Origin: an uncultured Bacilli bacterium
GTDB taxonomy: Bacteria; Bacillota_I; Bacilli_A; RF39; UBA660
NCBI GenBank assembly: GCA_947629935.1
Contig: CANRFQ010000004.1
Location: 5,403 to 69,402 of the forward strand
Reading direction: 5' to 3'
DNA: 64,000 bases
In this document: in pieces, positions 20,253 through 30,149 of the stretch
Layout of the letters: each line of letters opens with the position of its first letter
Position numbering within the stretch: the stretch's first letter is position 1
Position numbers and translations under genes: made by a program
Notes under the pieces: generated by a model
Databases searched by the model: none
Seen by the model: only the letters and a program-made list of their open reading frames with translations
What the model was told of the DNA's origin: nothing

Positions 20253-21195
20253 ATGTTTTTTAGGAATAGATATTGGTTCAATATCAACTAAAGGAGTTAT
20301 TATTGATCCAGATAATAATATTTTATATAGTTGCTATTTGTGGACGGAAGGTAATCCCATTGAAGCTGTTAAAAGACTATTAAATAATTTAAAAAAAGAT
20401 TTTGATGCAAATAAATATAAGATAGTAGCCGTAGGAACAACGGGAAGTGCTCGCCGGCTTATCGGTACAATTCTTAATGCTAGTATTATCAAAAATGAAA
20501 TAACAGCTCATGCTATTGGTACTACTTCTTTATACCCCAATATTAAAACCATTTTAGAAATAGGCGGACAAGATTCCAAAATTATTTTAATTGAAGATGG
20601 CATTGTTGTCGATTATGCGATGAATACTTTATGTGCGGCGGGAACTGGTTCCTTTTTATCTAGTCAAGCTAAACGATTAAATGTGGCAGTTGAAGATTTC
20701 GGAAAAATTGCTTTGCAAAGTCAAAATCCCACTAAAATTGCCGCCCGTTGTACAGTATTTGCTGAATCTGACCTTGTTCATAAAGCCCAAATGGGTTATA
20801 AAAAAGAAGATATCATCGCTGGCCTTTGTAAAAGTGTCGCCGTAAATTATCTTAATAATGTCGGAAAAGGTAAAAGTATTAAACCACCTATTATCTTTCA
20901 AGGTGGCGTCAGTAAAAATATTGGGGTTAAAAAAGCTTTTGAAGATTTATTAGGATGTGAAGTCATTGCTCCGGAAAATGGCCATTTAATGGGAGCTTTA
21001 GGAGTTGCTATCTTAGCGAAAAATTCTCAAAAAGAAATAACCTTTGATTTTAATATAACCGATACTAATTTTGATACAAAAGGGGTAGAGTGTCATAAAT
21101 GTCCTAATAATTGTGAAATTATTTGTGTTCGGAAAAATAATCAATTAATTGACGCTTGGGGCAATCGCTGTGAAGCGGGAAGTGTCAAAATCTAA
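20245..21195 (+). CDS. BadF/BadG/BcrA/BcrD-type ATPase (CoA-substrate-specific enzyme activase)
   Basis: LGIDIGSISTKGVII, GTTGSARRL, EIGGQDSKII and CAAGTGSFL motifs of the HgdC-like activase family. A C-terminal Cys cluster is present. Confidence 0.8.
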   Translation: MIKCFLGIDIGSISTKGVIIDPDNNILYSCYLWTEGNPIEAVKRLLNNLKKDFDANKYKIVAVGTTGSARRLIGTILNASIIKNEITAHAIGTTSLYPNIKTILEIGGQDSKIILIEDGIVVDYAMNTLCAAGTGSFLSSQAKRLNVAVEDFGKIALQSQNPTKIAARCTVFAESDLVHKAQMGYKKEDIIAGLCKSVAVNYLNNVGKGKSIKPPIIFQGGVSKNIGVKKAFEDLLGCEVIAPENGHLMGALGVAILAKNSQKEITFDFNITDTNFDTKGVECHKCPNNCEIICVRKNNQLIDAWGNRCEAGSVKI

Positions 21196-21284
21196 TGAGA
21201 TATGGACAATTTAATTGTAAAGATTAAATTATTCATATCTTTTTTCTTTTTGGCCATGCTAAAATAAAGATGGAGGCTATAGAA

Positions 21285-22361
21285 ATGGAAAGAAAAATTA
21301 AAGTATTTCAAATTGGTTGTGGCAAAATGAGTAAGTATACTATGCGTTATGTTTATGAGCATGGCGCGCAAATAGTGGGAGCTGTAGATATTAATCCGAA
21401 TATAATTGGTAAAGACATTGCCAATATTATGGATACGGAAGACAAAGGCATCATTATTGATAATGTTGATAATTTAGAGTCTTTATTAGAAACTACGAAA
21501 CCCGATATTGCTATTGTTACGACCATGAGTTTATTAAATGATGTTAAGGATGTTTTATTAATTTGTGCTAAATGTGGAATTAATGCTATTACCACATGTG
21601 AAGAAGCTTTTTTTGCTAGTAATTCTAATATATCAGCATTTAAAGACATTGATGCGTTGGCTAAAACTACAAACTGTACGATTGTTGGTAGTGGCTATCA
21701 GGATTTTGCTTGGGGTAATCTCGTAGCTTTAATGGCGGGAACTTCTCATAAAATTACTAAAATTAAAGGTAGCTCTTCTTATAATGTTGAAGATTATGGA
21801 ATAGCTTTAGCTCAGGCCCATGGAGCAGGCTTAACTTTAGAAGAATTTGAAAAAGAAGTAGCTTCAGTAGATAATATAACTCCTGAGGAAAGGGCTAAAC
21901 AAATAGAAGCGGGAACCTTTATTCCATCTTATATGTGGAATGTAGTCGGTTGGCTTGCCGATAAACTTGGTCTACATATAACATCAATGACCCAAAAGTG
22001 TCTAGCTTTAACTGATAAAGAAGACTTAACATCAAGTACTTTAAATATGACTATTAAAGCAGGCGATGCGACAGGTATGAGTGCCGTTGTTACTGCCCAA
22101 ACAGAGGAAAATATTGAAATAGAAGCCGAGTGTATTGGTAAAGTTTATAATAAAGATGAATTTGATAAAAATGAATGGAGTATTATTGGGGAACCTAATA
22201 CGACTTTAATTTTAAATCGTCCGCAAACAGTGGAACTTACTTGTGCTAATATTGTTAATCGTCTACCCGATGTTATCAATGCTAAAGCAGGCTTTATCTC
22301 AACATCCCAACTAAAAGAAGCGACATATCCCATTAAAGATCTTAATGAATATATAAAATAA
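21285..22361 (+). CDS. NAD(P)-dependent amine dehydrogenase / DapB-N-like oxidoreductase (2,4-diaminopentanoate dehydrogenase-like)
   Basis: The N-terminal Rossmann segment KVFQIGCGKMSKYTMRYVYEHGAQIVGAVD resembles the DapB-like amine dehydrogenase family. GGAGG RBS before ATG 21285. Confidence 0.5.
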   Translation: MERKIKVFQIGCGKMSKYTMRYVYEHGAQIVGAVDINPNIIGKDIANIMDTEDKGIIIDNVDNLESLLETTKPDIAIVTTMSLLNDVKDVLLICAKCGINAITTCEEAFFASNSNISAFKDIDALAKTTNCTIVGSGYQDFAWGNLVALMAGTSHKITKIKGSSSYNVEDYGIALAQAHGAGLTLEEFEKEVASVDNITPEERAKQIEAGTFIPSYMWNVVGWLADKLGLHITSMTQKCLALTDKEDLTSSTLNMTIKAGDATGMSAVVTAQTEENIEIEAECIGKVYNKDEFDKNEWSIIGEPNTTLILNRPQTVELTCANIVNRLPDVINAKAGFISTSQLKEATYPIKDLNEYIK

Positions 22362-22388
22362 AGGAACAAGACTTTTGCCTCGTTCCTT

Positions 22389-23249
22389 TTATTTTTGGGA
22401 ATACAAACGATATAAATTAATAGAAGGTTTGTTAAACCAACGAAAACTATAATTAGTTGTACCTATTCCACTTGAAACAAATATATCAGTATTTTTAAGT
22501 TCATAATAATTATCGTAATATTTTTTACTACCTTTTTTACTTATGATAGCTCCGACAAAAGGCAAACGGATTTGACCGCTTAAAGAGTGTCCACTCAAAA
22601 CTAAATTGACTTTATAATCTTTAAAGTCTTCATAACTATCAGCTTCATGAGCTAAGGCAATAGTATAATTATTTTCATCCGGATGTTCATTTAAATAAGC
22701 AAAAGCCGTCTCATGATTTTGACTATCTTTTAATAAAGAGGAAAGTCCACTAATAACAATAGGGACATTACCATTATCATAAACTAATTCATAAGAATTA
22801 TTTAAAAAAGTAAAACCCGCATTTTTCATAATAATTTCGTAATCATCAAACTTTTTATCATAATCTCCGGCAATGGCAAATTTATTAAGCCGCGCTTCGA
22901 TCTTGGCTAATTCCGTAGTTAGAAAGTCACCTAGAGTTTTTTTATAAATAGTATCTTTATCGATCAAGTCTCCGGTAAAAACTACAATATCTGGTTTTAA
23001 TTCATTTATTTTTAAAACCAATTTTTTAACATCTTTTTTATTTACAGTCCGTCCATATAATAAATCTGAAAAATGGACAATTTTTAATCCTTCAAAATTA
23101 GCAGTAATCTTATTGTTATAAACCGGATATTCTTTGACAATCAAACCTTTCGTACTAACAAAACGGGACCATAAAACAATGCCAATTATTAATAATATAA
23201 TAATTATTAGAATAAGTTTCCCATTACTAATACTTGTTTTTTCTTCCAT
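22389..23249 (-). CDS. Membrane-anchored metallophosphoesterase (YkuE-like)
   Basis: VHFSDLLYG, FTGDLID and LSGHSLSGQIRLP metallophosphatase motifs. Start at ATG 23249 (MEEKTS) avoids overlap with the upstream gene. Confidence 0.8.
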   Translation of the reverse strand: MEEKTSISNGKLILIIIILLIIGIVLWSRFVSTKGLIVKEYPVYNNKITANFEGLKIVHFSDLLYGRTVNKKDVKKLVLKINELKPDIVVFTGDLIDKDTIYKKTLGDFLTTELAKIEARLNKFAIAGDYDKKFDDYEIIMKNAGFTFLNNSYELVYDNGNVPIVISGLSSLLKDSQNHETAFAYLNEHPDENNYTIALAHEADSYEDFKDYKVNLVLSGHSLSGQIRLPFVGAIISKKGSKKYYDNYYELKNTDIFVSSGIGTTNYSFRWFNKPSINLYRLYSQK

Positions 23250-23251
23250 CT

Positions 23252-24007
23252 CTACGCGCCTACTGTTCCACATATTAAAGCTATTAATAAAAATAAGAGA
23301 GTTAGGGAATTATGCATTACATGCAAAGATATTGATGAAAATATATTGTCCGTTTTATAAAAAGCATAACTAAAAGCAATTCCCATACTGCCATACGGAA
23401 TAAAGTAAAGAAGTTCTTGCCAATTTTTAAGAAGGCTTGTTATATTCCAACTTTCAATTCCTGTAGCTACATGCATGCCAGCAAATAATAGGCCCGTAAA
23501 TAAACTATAAAATACTATATTTGAAAAAGCATTTTTAAATGAGGCTCTAAATAAAAGTTCTTCTGATATGGGCGCTAAAATAGTCATCGCTATAATAGCA
23601 TAGATAGGAAATTGTCCTAATATTTCTCGGTTGGCGCTTTCATTAGCAGCTAAAGCACCATCTGAGATAATCATATTAATTATAATGTTAGAAAACCACA
23701 TAATAATGAAACTAACTACCCAATAAGGAATAACAATTCTTAAATATTTTTTATAATTCTTTTTAAAGTCTTTAAAATCGTTAAAGAAACGTTTATGAAA
23801 GACTAAAATTAAAATAGACATAATAATAGCTTCTACTAAGATTAAAGCAATATTTTTACCTATATAGCTTTTATTTAGAAATGTTTTACTAAATAAAACA
23901 CTAAGTAAAGGACTAGCTACCATATATAAAATAATAATTCCTATACCTCTTAAAATAATCATCAACTTATCTAAAAAAGTTTTACCTTCAAAATTCATTT
24001 TAATCAC
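23252..24007 (-). CDS. CPBP family intramembrane glutamic endopeptidase (CAAX protease/Abi)
   Basis: Polytopic protein with the EELLFRASF and HVMHN motifs diagnostic of the CPBP/Abi family. Confidence 0.8.
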   Translation of the reverse strand: MIKMNFEGKTFLDKLMIILRGIGIIILYMVASPLLSVLFSKTFLNKSYIGKNIALILVEAIIMSILILVFHKRFFNDFKDFKKNYKKYLRIVIPYWVVSFIIMWFSNIIINMIISDGALAANESANREILGQFPIYAIIAMTILAPISEELLFRASFKNAFSNIVFYSLFTGLLFAGMHVATGIESWNITSLLKNWQELLYFIPYGSMGIAFSYAFYKTDNIFSSISLHVMHNSLTLLFLLIALICGTVGA

Positions 24008-24011
24008 CTTT

Positions 24012-24449
24012 TTATTCTAAATAACCCATAGCTTTTAAACGCTTTTCAATATTTCGTTTAGTTGTTGAACCAACAATTCTATTCATTGTTGTTGTTTCTT
24101 CGCCTTTTTCTATAAATAGAGTAGTAGGAGTCCCACTAACATTAGCAATTGAGTTTAAATAAGTTTTATCTTCTTTACTAAATTTTGCTATATCCACAAT
24201 ATAAGCGGTTACTTTATCTTTTTCTAAAACGTTTTTTAAAATAGGAATATATTCAGCACAGTGCGAACATCCTTCTCTAGATATTACTAAGATAAAATTA
24301 TCTTTATTATCAATTTTTTCTTGTAATTCCTTTTTATTTAATTCAATTAAATAGGAATTAGTATCTTTTTTCATTAATACTAGTCCTACTATTAAACCAA
24401 CAAAAACAATAACAATTATTCCTATAATTATATTTTTTTTGCTTTTCAT
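24012..24449 (-). CDS. Membrane-anchored thioredoxin-fold thiol-disulfide oxidoreductase
   Basis: N-terminal TM, CSHC active site and GTPT cis-Pro loop. GGTGG RBS 5 nt before ATG 24449 (the ORF track start at 24461 contains the RBS itself). Confidence 0.75.
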   Translation of the reverse strand: MKSKKNIIIGIIVIVFVGLIVGLVLMKKDTNSYLIELNKKELQEKIDNKDNFILVISREGCSHCAEYIPILKNVLEKDKVTAYIVDIAKFSKEDKTYLNSIANVSGTPTTLFIEKGEETTTMNRIVGSTTKRNIEKRLKAMGYLE

Positions 24450-24566
24450 TTTTACCACCATAGATAGTTTATCAAATTTCTTTTAAAAAGTCATTATTTT
24501 CAATAAAATATTGTTATTCATTTAATGTTATGGTATTCTAATTATAGAGAATATAGGAGTGTTGAA

Positions 24567-25496
24567 ATGAAAAAAATAATTAATTTTTTTATAATTTTTA
24601 TTTGTGTAATGCTTGTTAATATCGGTCACATTTTTGCTAAAACGGAAATAGAAGTTGAAACAGATTGTGAAAAAGGTAGTACTTGTGTTATTAGTAATGA
24701 TACTTTTTCCTTTGAAATAAAATCTGTTGATTTATATGATAATCAAAACAAAAAATTAGAAACAATAAAAGATTTTACTATTGATCCTAAAGCATATAAA
24801 GCTGATGAAAGCGATTTAAAAACAACGGAAATCACCGATGTAAATATGCAAGTTTTGTTTCTTAATATGGATATACCAAATTTAAAAGATACCGTAAAAA
24901 AATATCAAAATAATGTATTTATCGGATATATTGTTATTAGCTATAAAATTGATATTGATTTAGATGGCTATAAATATACATATAAAAACAGTGCTTTAGA
25001 CACTAGCACAAAATTAAAAAATGAAACTTTTCCATCCACAGGTCAATATAAGCAGTTTTTTGTTACGTTAGATAAAGATGATAATTTCTATATGGATGAT
25101 TATTTTTATCAAAGAGATGAGGATTTTACTAGTTCTGGGAGCCTAACATTAATATATTTTTTATCTAATAATGATGTTTCTGATTCTTCTATAAATCTTT
25201 TTGATGAAGATAACTTTGTATTCTTTATAGCTAACAATGAAGAAAACGAAGATGCAACAACAATAGAAGATGATGGCCAAGATTTTGCCACGTATTACGA
25301 AAGAAATTCTCAAACAGATAATGACGCAGATATTATAGATACTCAAGAAAGTGATGAGGAAATACCCAAAGAAAAAAGTGGAGAAAGCGTTCCTCCTACT
25401 TCAGTATCAGGCATAGCTATTATATTAGTTTTAATTGTTTTGAGTGCATTATTATTTATGTATGCAAATAAAAAAATATTTAAAAGTAAAATATAA
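24567..25496 (+). CDS. Secreted acidic protein with C-terminal membrane anchor (first gene of the Tad-T4SS locus)
   Basis: Signal peptide MKKIINFFIIFICVMLVNIGHIFA, an Asp/Glu-rich C-terminal half, and a PPTSV + TM + basic tail. AGGAG RBS before ATG 24567. Confidence 0.55.
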   Translation: MKKIINFFIIFICVMLVNIGHIFAKTEIEVETDCEKGSTCVISNDTFSFEIKSVDLYDNQNKKLETIKDFTIDPKAYKADESDLKTTEITDVNMQVLFLNMDIPNLKDTVKKYQNNVFIGYIVISYKIDIDLDGYKYTYKNSALDTSTKLKNETFPSTGQYKQFFVTLDKDDNFYMDDYFYQRDEDFTSSGSLTLIYFLSNNDVSDSSINLFDEDNFVFFIANNEENEDATTIEDDGQDFATYYERNSQTDNDADIIDTQESDEEIPKEKSGESVPPTSVSGIAIILVLIVLSALLFMYANKKIFKSKI

Positions 25497-25518
25497 AAAA
25501 TATTAATTAAAAAAAGTT

Positions 25519-25553
25519 ACAAATTCTATAAAAATGTTGGAATTTGTTTTTTC
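25519..25553 (+). terminator. Rho-independent terminator
   Basis: Stem ACAAATTC/GAATTTGT with a 13-nt loop, followed by TTTTT. Confidence 0.5.
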
Positions 25554-25594
25554 TTATGATATACTTTTTTTAGAAAATATAGGAAGGTGTCCTA

Positions 25595-26305
25595 ATGAAA
25601 AATATATTTAATTACCTATTGTTTTTTCTTATAAGCTTTACAATTATATTTATTTTTCCAAAAGCTGATAGTTGTAATTATAAAGAACAAGCTGCTTTAA
25701 ATAAAGAAGCTAAGAATGTAACATTTAATTATGAAATAGTTGATAAACTAGATGAACTTAACAGCAAAGAGAATCCTTCACAATATAATATAAGGGATTA
25801 TTATTATATTCAAATGAATTTAACTAATATAACAGATAACTTATATGTGGAAATAACAAATAATCAAAATGATGAAAAATTAACTTATTATAGTTCAGAT
25901 TTAGTTGATGGAGTTGTGTCTTTTAAAGCAAATAATGATAAAGTTGTCACTTATACTTTAAACATATATGCCCAAACAGATACATGTTCTAGAAAATTAA
26001 TGACAAGAACAGTAAAATCCCCTAAATTTAATACTTTTTATCATAGAGGAATGTGTATAGACGTACCAGAATATAAATATTGTCAAGAAGTAATAACTTC
26101 CGAAATGGATGATAATAAAATTGGTAAAAGTATAACTAATTACTATAATAAACAAATGGCTAATCAAAAGCAAGAAACTCAAAAAGAAAAAAATAATATA
26201 AAGAAATATTTAATAATTGGCAGTATTGTATTAGGAAGTATAATCGTAATTGGAGGTATTATTTTAATAATTGTTAAAATAATGAGAAAGAGGAGAGGTA
26301 TATGA
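25595..26305 (+). CDS. Secreted protein with C-terminal TM anchor, unknown function
   Basis: Signal peptide, a C-terminal TM plus RKRRGI tail, and a GGAAGG RBS. ATGA overlap with the next gene. Confidence 0.55.
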   Translation: MKNIFNYLLFFLISFTIIFIFPKADSCNYKEQAALNKEAKNVTFNYEIVDKLDELNSKENPSQYNIRDYYYIQMNLTNITDNLYVEITNNQNDEKLTYYSSDLVDGVVSFKANNDKVVTYTLNIYAQTDTCSRKLMTRTVKSPKFNTFYHRGMCIDVPEYKYCQEVITSEMDDNKIGKSITNYYNKQMANQKQETQKEKNNIKKYLIIGSIVLGSIIVIGGIILIIVKIMRKRRGI

Positions 26306-29300
26306 AAAGAAGTTTAATTGTAATAGTTACTTTTTTATCTTTCTTTTTGATGTGTAATGGGGTAAAAGCCGGAGAAAATGATAATTATGACTCAAATCGT
26401 GACTCCTATGCTTGCGCTAATGAAAATGTTTTTTCAGAATTACTACAACGGGATAGTAAATATTGGTCTTTGCCAGGTCTATGGGTATGTTTATTGGAGG
26501 GTGATTGTAATCGACAACATCTTTATTCCTCATTACAAGCGGACATAACGGTAAAGAATTTAAATGAAACTAAAAATAAGTATTGTGCTGATTTGAACTT
26601 AACTTCGGGATTGAATGAATTTTCAGATTTATATAAAGTTACGCGTTTCGATGGTGGTGATTTTTCGAATCGAATAGACATTCAACAAGATATCCAAGAT
26701 AATAATATATGTACTTATTGTAGTAAAAATCCAGGTGATTCACGATGTGCTGAGCATCCCGAATGTGACGTTGCAAGCTATAAAATAGGCGAAAAAAGTT
26801 GTGGACATTGGGTTCCTGATGATCAAATTACCGATGAAGACATGTCTACTATATATTATCAAGATCAAAAACAATGTTATCTAGAAATAGCCTATTCCAA
26901 TGATGGCCAACCATCATATTACTATGCATCCCTAGGGCCAAAAATAAAACAATCAGTTATTAATACAGGTCAATATACTTACGTTCTTGATATGGGATAT
27001 ATTAACAAGTATTCTAAATGTAATGTTGATTATTATAATATTTATACAACTGCTGAATGTGATAAAATGAGCGGTTATGAACCACAAAGGGTTGATAATA
27101 TTAAATCACTTCTAGCGGGAATATTACAGATAAACGAAAGTGATATTGGCAATAAAAATGATAGTGACAATAATAAAAAATATATAATTGAAGATGTTGC
27201 ACATTTAGGAACAGATGGAGATAATTATTGGTTTCAACTTAGTGATGAAAATGCTAAATTGCCCGATGAAGTAACTCCTCAAAATATGATTTATAATTTT
27301 AATGAATGGACAGCACTTAAAGCTTTTCTTCCTATGGATAACGCAAAAATTTCTGGTAATAGTGTTACTGAGTTTTACACAAAAAGCACAGATGGAAGTG
27401 GAAAAATAAAATCAGGTAGTTGGTTAGACCAAGCTCAAGATAATGTAAATAAATATGGCTTAAATACTAAAAGTCTTCTAGCATTTTATACGTATGGGGA
27501 TAGTATGTTATTTGGTGTAAACTCTTGGGGGCGCAAAGTTTATACTCCTTTTGTTTACAAATTAAGAAATACTCATCCTAACTGTACTTATGATGAAGAA
27601 AATGACACCTTTTATGGTGGATTTGGAAAAATTGATTTAGATAATAATGAAACATATAAAAATGGTTATGAATATTATAATGAAAATTACGGTATCACTA
27701 AAGACAGATACATTCAAGAAACTTTTATTGATGAATGCTTATGTGATACAGCTAATGGAAAAATTAAAGATAAGAATTTGGCTGATAATACGTTGAAATA
27801 TATTACTGATTCTAATGCAAGAGAGCATTACAATGAATATTGTGGTATAGAAACGGAAGGAAGAATATGCAAGCCATATGTAGATACAGCTCCTTGTACT
27901 GGAGCACTTACTGTTAGTGATGATGAAGACTGTATTTTTGATGAAGTTTTAAATGAAGATAAAATAAGTTCTAGCATATATTCTGGAGGCGATTCTGATG
28001 AAGAAAGTCAACGTCACTATTATACGACAGCTACGAATGAATACTGTAATATCTCCTGCGCGGAAAAAATCGATTTTGTATTTCCAAAGTGGGAAAATGA
28101 TATAAAAGCTGGAACATATTGGCAATGGCAGTCTACCCAAATTAATTCAACAGGAACGCGTACCTGCGCGGCTACTATAAATATGGGAAAATTTAGTGAT
28201 AGAGTTACTAAAACAGATAGCAGTACTAGCACTAAGGATATCTTAGAGGATATAATAACCGTTTCTAATAGTCAATTTAAGTATAAAGATAATGATAAAT
28301 ACAGTTATAAACAGCAAAATGACGCTTTAAAAGAATTATATGATAGTATTGACGATAGTTATGACTATACTGACAGTGATTTATGTAGTTGTGATGAATA
28401 TGGTAATAATTGCGATGTCCATTATAACTGGGATATAAAAGTTGATTTAATCGATAAAACATTTAGTAACTCCGGAAGTTGTGGTAATAGTTCAACTATT
28501 GGATCATCAAGTTTGAAAAGTAATGGAATAGCATTATCTCAATTGAAAAAAACAGCTGAAAAAGCGATTAAAACTACTGGTACAGCTATAGAGGTAGAAT
28601 TAGGAAAACTAAAAATTTGTACAGATTCATTTAATGCCGATAAAGAATCAACATATGATTTCGATCCAGACATTAAATTTAGTTATGATGAAGATTACAA
28701 AACACACTTTAGCGGTAGATATTATACTAAGTCTACAGTAGAAGGCAGCAAATCTGGCGCCGATTTTGATAATACTGATATTCTTTACTATAATGATGAT
28801 GCGGATGCGGAGAGTCCGGAACAGATTAATTATGATTATATAGACTGTACTAACAATATTTGTCAATTGAAAGCTACTGAAACTAAACAGATTACTACAT
28901 ATACTTCACCAATAAGTTTTTTCACTGCATTTCCATCTGGGGTTATTACTGTCCTAAATGGAGGAAATTATTACGACCTTAATAATAATAATAATCCAAA
29001 TAGCCAATCATTAGGTGATAACATTTATCCTATAGCATTAAATAGAGATGCTGGTACATATGGCTATTCATTTACCGTTTCGGGCTTGGGAGATAGGGAT
29101 CTTGCTACTAGTAATAATAGTAATAGATCTCCAAATAACAATGTTGGTAGACTAGATCGCCTTATAAAAGAAGATACCAGAACATATGTCTGTGAGTATA
29201 GTGTTATTAATGATGTTACAACCCCTGATAAACCTAATTTCTTTTATCGCAATATTTCTGTGAATAATTTTGACCCTAATAATAGGGAAAGTAAAGATAA

Positions 29301-29718
29301 ACTTGGAAAAAATTGGACTACAGAAAAAGGAAAAGCTACGCAGTGTGAAATAGAAGGTGGAACGTATAATCAAAGTACGGGATGTACGGGTAGTTCAGTT
29401 CCCGAAGACATGAATGTAGAATATTCATTTACTTTAACTCCGACTAATATGCAAAATATACATAAATATAATTTAGAACAGGAAACAGGCACAAAAAAAG
29501 GATATGGTGATTTTAGAATGACGAAAGTTGGAACAGATATTACTGATAAAAATGGTGCCACTTTAAGTGAAGGTCTTTGGTATACTAGTGATTTTATAAG
29601 AACAGATATATGTGACGATTGTTTTTCAAAAAAGGATATAAATGATGTAAGCGATGCGTTTGCGAAATGGACTAAAGATGTAAACAAACTATCTGGTAAT
29701 GGTCCTGCCTGGAAATAG
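26302..29718 (+). CDS. Giant (1138 aa) secreted cysteine-rich protein, no recognisable domain or anchor
   Basis: Signal peptide MKRSLIVIVTFLSFFLMCNGVKA, roughly 35 Cys spread along the chain, and no LPXTG or TM at the C-terminus. Translationally coupled to the upstream gene. Confidence 0.6.
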   Translation: MKRSLIVIVTFLSFFLMCNGVKAGENDNYDSNRDSYACANENVFSELLQRDSKYWSLPGLWVCLLEGDCNRQHLYSSLQADITVKNLNETKNKYCADLNLTSGLNEFSDLYKVTRFDGGDFSNRIDIQQDIQDNNICTYCSKNPGDSRCAEHPECDVASYKIGEKSCGHWVPDDQITDEDMSTIYYQDQKQCYLEIAYSNDGQPSYYYASLGPKIKQSVINTGQYTYVLDMGYINKYSKCNVDYYNIYTTAECDKMSGYEPQRVDNIKSLLAGILQINESDIGNKNDSDNNKKYIIEDVAHLGTDGDNYWFQLSDENAKLPDEVTPQNMIYNFNEWTALKAFLPMDNAKISGNSVTEFYTKSTDGSGKIKSGSWLDQAQDNVNKYGLNTKSLLAFYTYGDSMLFGVNSWGRKVYTPFVYKLRNTHPNCTYDEENDTFYGGFGKIDLDNNETYKNGYEYYNENYGITKDRYIQETFIDECLCDTANGKIKDKNLADNTLKYITDSNAREHYNEYCGIETEGRICKPYVDTAPCTGALTVSDDEDCIFDEVLNEDKISSSIYSGGDSDEESQRHYYTTATNEYCNISCAEKIDFVFPKWENDIKAGTYWQWQSTQINSTGTRTCAATINMGKFSDRVTKTDSSTSTKDILEDIITVSNSQFKYKDNDKYSYKQQNDALKELYDSIDDSYDYTDSDLCSCDEYGNNCDVHYNWDIKVDLIDKTFSNSGSCGNSSTIGSSSLKSNGIALSQLKKTAEKAIKTTGTAIEVELGKLKICTDSFNADKESTYDFDPDIKFSYDEDYKTHFSGRYYTKSTVEGSKSGADFDNTDILYYNDDADAESPEQINYDYIDCTNNICQLKATETKQITTYTSPISFFTAFPSGVITVLNGGNYYDLNNNNNPNSQSLGDNIYPIALNRDAGTYGYSFTVSGLGDRDLATSNNSNRSPNNNVGRLDRLIKEDTRTYVCEYSVINDVTTPDKPNFFYRNISVNNFDPNNRESKDKLGKNWTTEKGKATQCEIEGGTYNQSTGCTGSSVPEDMNVEYSFTLTPTNMQNIHKYNLEQETGTKKGYGDFRMTKVGTDITDKNGATLSEGLWYTSDFIRTDICDDCFSKKDINDVSDAFAKWTKDVNKLSGNGPAWK

Positions 29719-29730
29719 TGGGGTGTAAAA

Positions 29731-30138
29731 ATGAAAGAATCTTATTGGGGATATTGGTTGATTCTTTTAGGAATTTTTGTTATAGTTATAATGATGTTAA
29801 TAAATAGTGTGACAACATCTACTACTCAAGATTACTATTTGATAAAAGAAACAACAGAGGCCGCTATGGTAGACGCCGTGGATTATGGCTATTATCGAGA
29901 ATATGGAGAGCTTAGGATTAATAAAGAAAAGTTTGTGGAAAACTTTTTAAGAAGATTTTCAGAGACGGTTAATATTAATAAAACATATGATATTGACTTT
30001 TATGATATTTATGAAGCTCCCCCTAAAGTAAGTGTAAAAGTTACTACTAATAGTGGGACATATGTTGTAGGTTCATCAAGTGGGAATTATGATATTACAA
30101 ATAAAATTGATGCTGTATTAGAAATGAATGAGAATTAG
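29731..30138 (+). CDS. TadE-like pseudopilin
   Basis: N-terminus MKESYWG followed by the hydrophobic helix YWLILLGIFVIVIMMLI. Size and beta-rich C-terminus resemble TadE/TadF. Shares the M-K/R-E-S/A leader with the other pilin-like genes. Confidence 0.5.
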   Translation: MKESYWGYWLILLGIFVIVIMMLINSVTTSTTQDYYLIKETTEAAMVDAVDYGYYREYGELRINKEKFVENFLRRFSETVNINKTYDIDFYDIYEAPPKVSVKVTTNSGTYVVGSSSGNYDITNKIDAVLEMNEN

Positions 30139-30149
30139 GAGGAATAAAA

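Noticed and set aside
24450-24566. Search for direct or inverted repeats, tRNA targets or integrase genes at the locus borders (24450-24566 versus 52049-52130)
   Set aside because: By eye I found no shared repeat of 10 nt or more, and no tRNA or recombinase gene. I therefore do not call the locus an ICE or genomic island. A proper repeat search and GC-skew or k-mer analysis is still needed.
25380-25496. VPPTS + TM + basic tail of the 24567 product as a bona fide sortase signal
   Set aside because: It lacks the Gly that sortases normally require after Thr, so it may simply be a C-terminal membrane anchor. It is mentioned only as a similarity to the KPPTG adhesin.
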